A stretch of 61,088 bases of DNA from an uncultured Verrucomicrobiota bacterium (lineage in GTDB: Bacteria; Verrucomicrobiota; Verrucomicrobiia; Palsa-1439): assembly GCA_964533295.1 (NCBI GenBank), contig CAZHLM010000003.1, positions 34,281 through 95,368 of the forward strand. The letters run 5' to 3'. This document shows, in pieces, positions 40,508-49,031 of the stretch. The notes beneath the pieces are model-generated. The model did no database searches. It was not told the origin of the DNA and saw only the letters and a program-made list of their open reading frames with translations. A program made the translations under genes and the position numbers. Within the stretch, counting starts at the first letter, position 1, and each line of letters opens with the position of its first letter.

Positions 40508-41790
40508 TTCTCCATCCGTTCCCGCACGCGCACCTCAAACCCCTGATCCGTCGGCGTGTAATAGGTCCGCGGCTCGGGCAGATACTCCTGCGCCACAATG
40601 TGTCCCTCGTAATCGTGGGCGTACCGGTAGCCCTTGTGTCCCAACCGCTCGGCGCCCCGGTAATGCGTGTCCTTCAAGTGCGCCGGCACGTCCAATGTCC
40701 GGCCAGCCTGCACGTCCGCTTTCGCCGTGCCGATGGCCACCGTCACCGAGTTCGATTTCGGCGCGGTGGCGCAATACACCGTCGCCTCCGCCAACACCAG
40801 TTCGCCCTCGGGCCAACCGATGAACTCCACCGCGTGATGCGCCGCCACCGCCACTACCAACGCCTGGGGATCGGCCAACCCGACATCTTCCGCCGCCAAA
40901 ATCACAATCCGCCGCGCGATGAACCGCGGATCCTCGCCGGCGACGATCATTTTCGCCAGCCAGTACAACGCCGCGTCCGGGTCGCTCCCGCGCACCGATT
41001 TGATAAACGCCGAGATCGTGTCGTAATGCGCATCCTCGTCGCCGTCGTACACGACCGCTTTTTTCTGAATGGATTCCTCGGCCACCGGCCGCGTCACATG
41101 CCGCGACTCCGTTGTTAGCACCGCGATCTCCAGCGCGTTCAGCGCCTTGCGCGCGTCCCCGTCGCAGGCGGTGGCCAGAAACTCCAGCGCGTCGGCGGTG
41201 GCCGTGGCGTTCAACTCGCGCAACCCGCGCTGCAGCAGCGTCTGAATGTCGGCGGGCGCGAGCGGTTTCAACTCGAAGACCTGCGACCGAGACACCAGTG
41301 GCGCGTTGACATGGAAAAACGGGTTGTGCGTCGTCGCGCCAATCAACCGCACCGTACCGGCCTCGACATCCGGCAGCAACACATCCTGCTGTGCCTTGTT
41401 GAAACGGTGAATCTCATCTATGAACAGAATCGTTCGCTGTCCCGTGTTGGCGAGCCGGTGGGCCGCGGCGGCAATGACACGGCGGATGTCGGCCACGTTT
41501 GATTCAACCCCGCTGAGCCGCTCGAACTTGCATTGCGTCGCGGTGGCGATGACGTGGGCGAGCGACGTTTTGCCCGTGCCCGGCGGGCCGTAGAGAATGA
41601 TCGAACTAATCCGGTCGGCTTGAATGGCGCGCCACAGCAGTTTGCCCTCGGCGAGAATGTGTTGCTGGCCGACGAACTCCGCCAACGTCCGGGGTCGCAG
41701 CCGCGTGGCCAGCGGCGCGGCGCGCGCCGCGGGTGAATCGTCCGGCGGCGGCGCTTGCGACTCGAATTGTGAAAAGAGGTTCTCGGCCAT
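40474..41790 (-). CDS. rarA: Replication-associated recombination protein A (MgsA/RarA AAA+ ATPase)
   Basis: PLATRLRP, YGPPGTGKT, FIDEIHRFNKAQQD, ISAFIKSVRGSDPDA; start reassigned to ATG 41790. Confidence 0.96.
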   Translation of the reverse strand: MAENLFSQFESQAPPPDDSPAARAAPLATRLRPRTLAEFVGQQHILAEGKLLWRAIQADRISSIILYGPPGTGKTSLAHVIATATQCKFERLSGVESNVADIRRVIAAAAHRLANTGQRTILFIDEIHRFNKAQQDVLLPDVEAGTVRLIGATTHNPFFHVNAPLVSRSQVFELKPLAPADIQTLLQRGLRELNATATADALEFLATACDGDARKALNALEIAVLTTESRHVTRPVAEESIQKKAVVYDGDEDAHYDTISAFIKSVRGSDPDAALYWLAKMIVAGEDPRFIARRIVILAAEDVGLADPQALVVAVAAHHAVEFIGWPEGELVLAEATVYCATAPKSNSVTVAIGTAKADVQAGRTLDVPAHLKDTHYRGAERLGHKGYRYAHDYEGHIVAQEYLPEPRTYYTPTDQGFEVRVRERMEKWKQLLGKKTS

Positions 41791-41838
41791 GGCCAAACTC
41801 GGAGGATTCAACGGGCGGCTGACCGGCTTGGCAAAAAA

Positions 41839-42019
41839 GAAATACCCCGCCGTAATGCCGTTAGAATGCAATCTTATGAACCCCTCAACAAAGGGGGTGC
41901 TCTGTCAGCGACTTTCGGCTTCCTGAGCAGGCATGCCGGCCACCGCCAAACCCGAGCTCCGTCACAGACGGTATTGGCTCAAAGAATCCGCATTCCTCAC
42001 GAACATGGCAGGGTATTTC
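41839..42019 (-). ncRNA. ssrS: 6S RNA
   Basis: 181 nt bounded by a closing stem (GAAAUACCCUGCCAU pairs with ACGGCGGGGUAUUUC); 6S-like segments AUGUUCG, UGAGCCAAUA, GGAAGCC, GGGUUCA; upstream of ygfA on the same strand. Confidence 0.85.
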
Positions 42020-42104
42020 CAATCGAAATCTTTCCAAAGAACATACTCACGACACCGGCTTTCTAACAAACCTTGATCTCGAATTCAATCTCAAACCCTG
42101 CCCC

Positions 42105-44348
42105 TCAGCTCTCCCGAATCTCGCACGCCAACTCGCGCCGCAACGCCTGTTTCAACTGCTCATGCGCGGCGTTGACTTCCGCGTCCGTCAACGTGCGGTC
42201 CGCGGCCCGGTACGTCAGCGAATAGGCCACCGACTTCTTGCCCGTCGGAATCACTCCGCCCCGGAAAATATCAAACAGCGCCACCTGCTCCAAGTTTTTA
42301 TTCCGATGCTTCTCCACCACCGCCAACACCGCGGCGTGGGTCACTTCTTCCGCCACCACCAACGCCACGTCCCGCACCACGGCCGGATGTTTCGGCAACT
42401 CGCGGTACTGTTTCTCCGCGCGCGGCGCCGCCAACACCGGCTCCAAGTCCAACTCCGCCACCGCCACCGCGTCGCCCAAATCCAGGCGCTTCGCCTCCCA
42501 TCCCGAAATCTGTTTCACTTCACCCGGCAATCCCAACTCCTCCAGTGCGCCTTTTAGGTCGAAGTAATCCACCTTCTCCGTCCGCTCCCAATCCCCTGTC
42601 GTCCGCCGTCCCGTCGCCACCAATGCCAACCGCAACGTCTCCCGCCCCGTGGCATCAAACACCCGTCCGATCTCGAACAACCTCACATCGTACTGATGCC
42701 GCGCGACGTTCGTCCGCACGTTCTCCAACAGTCCCGGCACCAAGCTGCTGCGCAACGCGGTCATGTCCGCGTTCAACGGATTTTGCAACTTCAACGCGCC
42801 GTCGTGCACCATCGTCTGATTCACCGCCTCGTGGTACCCCAGCGCCGTCAACTGCCGCCGCAACTCCATCAACCGATCCCAACGCTCATCAAATGCCGAC
42901 ACCGCCGGCCGCGCCGGCTGCATCCGCGCCGCAATCTTCTCCACCCCGTAAATCCGGCACACCTCCTCGATCAAATCCGCCTCCCGCTCCAAATCCACCC
43001 GAAACGTCGGCGCCTCCACCTCCAACCCGCTCGCGTCCTCGCCGACCACGACCAGCCCCAAACTCACGAAAATCCGCCGCACTTCTGCCGGCGGGACGTC
43101 CACACCCAACACGCGATTCACCTGACCGTGCCGGCACCGCACCCGCCGCCGCGTCACCGGCTGGGCGCACACATCCACCAGCGGTCCCGCCTCCCCACCG
43201 GCCACCTCCCGAATCAACTGCGCCGCCCGATCACTCGCCCACACCACCCCGCCAATGTCCGCCCCTCGTTCAAACCGGTAACTCGACTCGCTGGCCAGTC
43301 CGGTGCGCTTCGAGGTCTGCCGCACATTGCCGGGCTGAAACCACGCGCTCTCCAGCAACACATCCACCGTCGCCGGGTTGATCTCCGATTCCTTTCCGCC
43401 CATGATCCCCGCCAACGCCACCGCCCGATCCGCATCCGCAATCACCAACATCTCCGCGCTCAACTCGTGCGCACTGTCGTCCAATGCCACAAACCGCTCC
43501 CCCACCCGCGCGCGCCGCACGACGATTCTGCCGCCGTGCAACCGCCGGTAATCAAATGCATGCAACGGATGCCCGCATTCCAACAACACGTAATTGGTCA
43601 CATCCACCACGTTGTTGATCGAACGCATCCCCACCTTCTCCAACGCACCCCGCAACCAAGCCGGCGACGGCCCAATCTTCACCCCGGTAATCAACCGCGC
43701 CGTGTACCGCGGACACAGATCCAGCGCTTCGACCGCGACCAAGTCCGATGGTGGGAGCGCCCTTCCGGGCGCGACCTCCGGCAGTCGCAACACATTCCCC
43801 GTCAACGCCGCCACCTCCCGCGCAATCCCAATCACGCTCAACCAATCCGGCCGATTCGGCGTCACCTCGATATCGAACAGCGCATCGCCCGGCCCCATGT
43901 ATTCGGCGAACTTCATCCCCACCGGTGCGTCCGCCGGCAAAATCAACAACCCATCCTCCCCTTTCGGCAACCCCAACTCCTCCGCCGAACACATCATCCC
44001 CTGCGACAACTCGCCACGCAGCTTCGATTCCTTGATCGTGAACCCGGCCGGCATCTCCGCTCCCGGCAACGCCAACGGCACCTTGTCGCCCACCTGGTAA
44101 TTCTTCGCCCCGCACACAATTTGCCGCTCGCTCGTCCCGTCAAACACCCGGCAAACCGACAACTTGTCCGCGTTGGGATGTTTTACCGACGACAAAATCT
44201 GCGCCACCACCACCCGCGCCGGTATCTTCCCGCCGAGCGGGACCACGTCCTCCACCTCGATCCCCGCAAACGTCAACCTCTCCGCCAACTCCCCCGCCGA
44301 CCACGGAACGTCCACATACTGCTTCAACCAGTTGTACGTGAATTTCAT
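42105..44348 (-). CDS. pheT: Phenylalanine--tRNA ligase beta subunit
   Basis: MKFTYNWLK, HPNADKL, CGAKN, TPNRPD, SYRFERG, READLIEEV, FDX-ACB C-terminus. Confidence 0.98.
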   Translation of the reverse strand: MKFTYNWLKQYVDVPWSAGELAERLTFAGIEVEDVVPLGGKIPARVVVAQILSSVKHPNADKLSVCRVFDGTSERQIVCGAKNYQVGDKVPLALPGAEMPAGFTIKESKLRGELSQGMMCSAEELGLPKGEDGLLILPADAPVGMKFAEYMGPGDALFDIEVTPNRPDWLSVIGIAREVAALTGNVLRLPEVAPGRALPPSDLVAVEALDLCPRYTARLITGVKIGPSPAWLRGALEKVGMRSINNVVDVTNYVLLECGHPLHAFDYRRLHGGRIVVRRARVGERFVALDDSAHELSAEMLVIADADRAVALAGIMGGKESEINPATVDVLLESAWFQPGNVRQTSKRTGLASESSYRFERGADIGGVVWASDRAAQLIREVAGGEAGPLVDVCAQPVTRRRVRCRHGQVNRVLGVDVPPAEVRRIFVSLGLVVVGEDASGLEVEAPTFRVDLEREADLIEEVCRIYGVEKIAARMQPARPAVSAFDERWDRLMELRRQLTALGYHEAVNQTMVHDGALKLQNPLNADMTALRSSLVPGLLENVRTNVARHQYDVRLFEIGRVFDATGRETLRLALVATGRRTTGDWERTEKVDYFDLKGALEELGLPGEVKQISGWEAKRLDLGDAVAVAELDLEPVLAAPRAEKQYRELPKHPAVVRDVALVVAEEVTHAAVLAVVEKHRNKNLEQVALFDIFRGGVIPTGKKSVAYSLTYRAADRTLTDAEVNAAHEQLKQALRRELACEIRES
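43751..43774. repeat. REP-like 24-mer embedded in pheT coding sequence
   Basis: GTGGGAGCGCCCTTCCGGGCGCGA, identical to intergenic copy at 61053-61076. Confidence 0.8.
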
Positions 44349-44356
44349 CGCGCGCG

Positions 44357-44385
44357 ACATTACCGACCACAAACAGAGGCGACAA
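44357..44385 (-). promoter_or_regulatory. Putative sigma70 promoter dedicated to pheT
   Basis: Minus strand TTGTCG, 17 nt spacer, TAATGT, then 8 nt to the ATG. Confidence 0.55.
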
Positions 44386-44616
44386 GCCGAATGACCGGGT
44401 CGATCTCGTACTGAATAGAGCTTTTTGCTTGCCTTTTCGCGATGTCTTATGGCATAAGCACCACTTGTACGGGGGCGCAGTGAAGTCTGGTGGCAATCTT
44501 ACTTCCGCGCAGATGTGTTTCGCCTTCTGGCCTCGTGGCGGACCAAGGACTCACTGTTGTTGCACCCCATCTTCGCACTCAAGCCGTTTGCAACCTTCAT
44601 AAGGAGCGGTACCGTC

Positions 44617-45963
44617 ATGAAACGTCATAAATCTATTGTCCGTCTAATCGGAGTCTTGGCCGGGATTGTTAGTTTGCCTGCCCAAGGAGTGGTCGTCTCG
44701 TTTGACCAAGTCGACTGGGGAGACGGCAGCGGGGGATACCAAGTGCAGGATTCCGCATGGGGCCAAGCCACCATCCAACTCCAAGCGGCCGACCTCGGCC
44801 TCCTTGCGTCCGATGGCCTCGGCGGCTATTACGGCTACGTCAACATCACCACCGACACGAGCGCCTTCGGCGGCTCGGCCAATAACTGGGCCGTGGAGAA
44901 TCTCGCGTTGCATTTCAACGACCTCGCCGCCCTCGGTGGCGGTCAAATGGCCACCACTGTCGAGTTCGACCTGGGCGTGTCCATCGGCACGGACGTGACC
45001 AGCTTGAACTACGCGCTCGACTTGACGCCGGCGCCACTGGCTGTGCCAACCAGCCCGTTTGTCGCGACCGACGTCGGCGAGGCCGAACGGCTCACCGGCA
45101 TCACAAGCGAGATGTCTTTGACAGGTGGCGGTCCCGGATTGCGTCCCGCACAAAATTTCCGCGGAGCAAACGCCGGCACAGCGGCCATCCGCGGTGGTTC
45201 GATCGCCATCAACGAAACGAACGTCCCGGCCGTCAACGAATCTCTCAACGGTTGCGCCCCCGGCGCGGCTGCCCGTTCGCTGGCGTACCTCACGCAGGCC
45301 GGCGCAATCGGCATGACCCAGACCGCGCAACAGGCGTACGGCGCCCTGACCAATGCCATGAACTCCTCGACCGGCCCCGGCAGCACGGGCACGGGGTCAC
45401 TTGGCACCAACAGTCCATTCACCAATGGCAAGGACGCGTTCGTCGCTTCGAACTCACTCAACGTCGCCCGCACCACGTTCACCAACACCCCGCTCTATCA
45501 AGGGTTCTTCGGAACCAACGCCGGCAGCTTTGCCGGGGCGATCAGCGCGCTGAACCGCACCAGCGACGTCGAGGTGTATCTTGATTGGGGGCGGACCTTC
45601 GTGCAGACCAACATCACCGGCCCCGTCTCCGGCACCAACGTGCTCTACGGCGCGCACATGGCGTTTGTCGTCTCCATTACTCCGAACACGAACGCCGCGG
45701 GCCAGATCGTCTCCTACACGTTGCGTTACATGGATGACCCACGCCAGCAGGATGGTAGTGCCTCGAACCAAGTCCACGCGATGACCATCCTCCCTGATGG
45801 TCGCGATGTCCGCTACACCAACTCCAACGTTCAATTGGCCGGGGTGGTTGGTTTTTTCATCGAAGATGTCACTACGGCCGCCGTGCCGGAACCAAGTCTC
45901 TTCGGGCTGTTCGCGCTGGGGACCGGCCTCGCGGCGTGGTTGCGCCGACGACGAAACACATGA
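44617..45963 (+). CDS. PEP-CTERM protein with possible papain-fold catalytic motifs
   Basis: AAGGAG SD, signal peptide, C-terminal VPEPS + TM helix + RRRR; internal NGCAPGAAARSLAYL and AHMAFVV motifs. Confidence 0.9.
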   Translation: MKRHKSIVRLIGVLAGIVSLPAQGVVVSFDQVDWGDGSGGYQVQDSAWGQATIQLQAADLGLLASDGLGGYYGYVNITTDTSAFGGSANNWAVENLALHFNDLAALGGGQMATTVEFDLGVSIGTDVTSLNYALDLTPAPLAVPTSPFVATDVGEAERLTGITSEMSLTGGGPGLRPAQNFRGANAGTAAIRGGSIAINETNVPAVNESLNGCAPGAAARSLAYLTQAGAIGMTQTAQQAYGALTNAMNSSTGPGSTGTGSLGTNSPFTNGKDAFVASNSLNVARTTFTNTPLYQGFFGTNAGSFAGAISALNRTSDVEVYLDWGRTFVQTNITGPVSGTNVLYGAHMAFVVSITPNTNAAGQIVSYTLRYMDDPRQQDGSASNQVHAMTILPDGRDVRYTNSNVQLAGVVGFFIEDVTTAAVPEPSLFGLFALGTGLAAWLRRRRNT

Positions 45964-45967
45964 CTGT

Positions 45968-46990
45968 TCAAAACTGCTCCAGAAACCGCACGTCGTTTTC
46001 CGTGAACAGCCGGATATCCGTGATCCCGTAGCGGATCATCGCCAGCCGTTCGATCCCGAAACCGAACGCCCAACCAGTGTACGCATCGTCGGGATAACCC
46101 ACCGCCCGAAACACGTTCGGGTCCACCATCCCGCAGCCGGCAATCTCGATCCATTCCTTGCCGCGCGCGCGGAAATGCGGCGTGCTCAGGTCAATCTCGA
46201 AACTCGGTTCCGTGTACGGAAAGAAATGCGGTCGAAACCGCACCTTCGTGTCCGGGTCGAGCAACTGCCGGAAGAAAAACTCCACCGTGCCCTTCAAATC
46301 GGCCACCGTCACGTTTTCATCCACGTACAACCCCTCGATCTGATGAAACGTCGGACTGTGCGTCGCGTCGGGATTGTCGCGGCGGAAAACCCGACCGGGC
46401 GCGACGATGCGAATCGGCGGTTTCTGCCGCATCATCGTGCGGATTTGCACCGGACTGGTGTGCGTTCGCAACAAGTACCGGCCGTACTTCTCATGCGGCG
46501 GCAAATCCACGTACAACGTGTCCTGAATGTCCCGCGCCGGGTGATTGGCCGGCGTGTTCAGCGCATCGAAACAATGCCACTCATCCTCCATCTCCGGCCC
46601 ATCCTCCACCGCAAACCCCATCCGCCGGAAAATTTTCACCGTCTCATCAAAAATCTGCGTCAACGGATGCAACCGCCCCAGCCGATGCCGCCGACCCGGC
46701 AACGTCGTGTCAATGGCCGGACCGCCGGCCGACGCTTTCGCTTCCAACTGCTCGCGCTTGGCCGCAACCGCGGCGCTCAACGCATGTTTGACCTCGTTGG
46801 CCAGCCGGCCAATCACCGGCTTTTGTTCCTTCGGCAAGCCGCCCAACTGACTCAGCAGGCCGGTCACCTTCCCCTGCGCGCCGAGATACCGGGCTTTCAC
46901 CTGTTCCAACGCCGGCAGGTCCGCGCAACCGGCAATCTCCGCCTCCGCTGCCGCGCGCGCGTCACGCAATTGTTGTTCCAGCTCGCTCAT
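45968..46990 (-). CDS. pheS: Phenylalanine--tRNA ligase alpha subunit
   Basis: GRLHPL, HPARDIQDT, LRTHTSPVQIR, HSPTFHQIEGL, FPYTEPS, FGFGIERL; start ATG 46990. Confidence 0.98.
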   Translation of the reverse strand: MSELEQQLRDARAAAEAEIAGCADLPALEQVKARYLGAQGKVTGLLSQLGGLPKEQKPVIGRLANEVKHALSAAVAAKREQLEAKASAGGPAIDTTLPGRRHRLGRLHPLTQIFDETVKIFRRMGFAVEDGPEMEDEWHCFDALNTPANHPARDIQDTLYVDLPPHEKYGRYLLRTHTSPVQIRTMMRQKPPIRIVAPGRVFRRDNPDATHSPTFHQIEGLYVDENVTVADLKGTVEFFFRQLLDPDTKVRFRPHFFPYTEPSFEIDLSTPHFRARGKEWIEIAGCGMVDPNVFRAVGYPDDAYTGWAFGFGIERLAMIRYGITDIRLFTENDVRFLEQF

Positions 46991-47059
46991 GAAACCGGCG
47001 GCGACGGTAACGAAACGCTCTGGCGCGCGCAAGATTCAATATGCTACGCTGCTCGGCGC

Positions 47060-47926
47060 ATGCAGGTCTGGATTGTCTCGGACGGCAAAGCCGGCCACGT
47101 CAACCAGTCGCACGGCCTGGCGCAAGCCCTCGCGCGACTCACCCCCGTCCATGTCTCCACCATCCTGGTCGTTCATTGCTGGGATGCGTGCCGTGCCGGA
47201 CGCGCCCTGCCGCGTCCTGATTTGATTCTCGCCGCCGGCCACCGCACGCATCTGGCTGCGCTGCTTGCCCGCCGCACGCACGGCGGAAAAATCGTCGTCC
47301 TGATGAAACCCACCTGGCCTTCCGGCTTCTTCGATCTGTGTCTGATCCCCGAACACGACGGCGCGCAAACGACCGGCAACATCATCGCCACCCGCGGCGC
47401 GCTCAACCCGATCACACCGGGCCGACCCGAACCCGGTCGCGGGCTGATCCTCATCGGCGGCCCGTCGCCGCATCACCGCTGGGATGACGCCGACGTCGCC
47501 GCGCAAGTCCGCGCCACCGCACAAGCCGCACCAGCCACCCACTGGGAACTGACCACCTCGCGCCGCACCCCGACCGGCTTCATCGCGCGGCTCGGCACGC
47601 TTCCCAACCTGCGCGTCACGCCCGTCGAACAAACCGGCCCCGACTGGGTACCGGCCCGACTGGCGCGCGCCGCCGCAGTCTGGGTCACGGCCGACAGCGT
47701 CTCGATGATTTACGAAGCACTCACGGCGGGCGCGGCAGTTGGGTTGCTGGCGGTTCCCTACCGGCGTCGCAGCCGAGTCGTCCGCGGCATCGAACAACTC
47801 ATCCACGACCGGCTCGTCACCACGTTCGCCGCGTGGCGCACGGGCCAACCGCTTCATCCGCCCGCCAGCCCGCTGCGCGAAGCCGACCGTTGCGCCACCC
47901 TGATCCGCGAGCGTTTTGGCCTATGA
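47060..47926 (+). CDS. ELM1 (mitochondrial fission ELM1-like / DUF1022) family protein, copy 1
   Basis: VSDGKAGHVNQSHGLA, LIGGPS, TTSRRTP, VTADSVSMIYEA; start ATG 47060. Confidence 0.88.
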   Translation: MQVWIVSDGKAGHVNQSHGLAQALARLTPVHVSTILVVHCWDACRAGRALPRPDLILAAGHRTHLAALLARRTHGGKIVVLMKPTWPSGFFDLCLIPEHDGAQTTGNIIATRGALNPITPGRPEPGRGLILIGGPSPHHRWDDADVAAQVRATAQAAPATHWELTTSRRTPTGFIARLGTLPNLRVTPVEQTGPDWVPARLARAAAVWVTADSVSMIYEALTAGAAVGLLAVPYRRRSRVVRGIEQLIHDRLVTTFAAWRTGQPLHPPASPLREADRCATLIRERFGL

Positions 47927-48984
47927 CGATTCTCCAACTGGTTCCCAATCTCGAAGCCGGTGGGGTCGAGCGCGGCACGCTGGAAGTCGCCGCCGAACTG
48001 GTGCGGCGCGGGCACACCTCGCTGGTCATCTCGGGTGGCGGACGCCTTGTCGAACCGCTCATGAACGCCGGTAGCGAACACATCACGCTGCCGATCGGCG
48101 TGAAATCACCGGCCACACTGCGGCTGGTGGGCAAACTCCGCCAGATCATCCGCGACCGCCGGGTGGACATCGTCCACGCCCGCTCGCGCGTCCCGGCCTG
48201 GATCGGGTACTGGGCCTGCCGCGGCACGCCGGCCCGGTTCGTGACCACGGTGCACGGCTTGTACACGCATCCCCGCTACAGCGCGGTGATGACTCGCGGC
48301 GAACGCGTGATGGCCGTCAGCGAGACGGTCCGCGACTACATCCTGCGCACCTACCGAACCTGTTCGCCCGAGAAGATTCGCGTCATCCACCACGGGATTG
48401 ACCCAGCCGAGTTTCCCCGCGGCTACCGGCCGCCGTCAGATTGGAACTCGCCCGCGCCCGGTCGACGCCTGATCACGTTGCCGGCGCGGATCACGCGTTG
48501 GAAAGGCCAGACCGATTTCGTCGAGTTGATGACCCGGTTGCGCGACACGCAGCCGGACGTGGTCGGCGCGTTGGTCGGGCGCACCGACGCGCGACGCAAT
48601 CGGTTTGAAGCCGAGTTGCGCCAAACCATCGCGCAACGCGGCCTGACCAACATCCTGTTTCTCGGTCATCGCGCGGACATGCGGGAGATGTACGCCGCCT
48701 CCCGAATCGTCCTGTCGCTCTCGCACGACCCGGAAGCGTTCGGTCGCACGACGCTGGAAGCGTTGAGCATCGGCACGCCGGTGATTGGCTACGACCACGG
48801 CGGCGTCGCGGAGACGCTCGGCGCGTTGTACCCGGTGGGGCGCGTGCCGGTCGGCGATGTGACCGCCCTGACCGAACGGGTGACCGCTTTCCTTCAAGCT
48901 CCGCCGCCCGTTCCGCCCAACGACAAGTTTCTGCTGCGCGACACGCTGGCTCGCACGGTGGCGGTGTACGAGGAACTGCGATGA
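47923..48984 (+). CDS. GT4 family glycosyltransferase
   Basis: LEAGGVERG, HARSRVPAW, PEAFGRTTLEA; ATGA-coupled to ELM1. Confidence 0.92.
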   Translation: MTILQLVPNLEAGGVERGTLEVAAELVRRGHTSLVISGGGRLVEPLMNAGSEHITLPIGVKSPATLRLVGKLRQIIRDRRVDIVHARSRVPAWIGYWACRGTPARFVTTVHGLYTHPRYSAVMTRGERVMAVSETVRDYILRTYRTCSPEKIRVIHHGIDPAEFPRGYRPPSDWNSPAPGRRLITLPARITRWKGQTDFVELMTRLRDTQPDVVGALVGRTDARRNRFEAELRQTIAQRGLTNILFLGHRADMREMYAASRIVLSLSHDPEAFGRTTLEALSIGTPVIGYDHGGVAETLGALYPVGRVPVGDVTALTERVTAFLQAPPPVPPNDKFLLRDTLARTVAVYEELR

Positions 48985-49031
48985 AGGGCTTGCGCCGTCA
49001 CGGGGCGCTCGCTAATGCTGGCGGGTGACGC

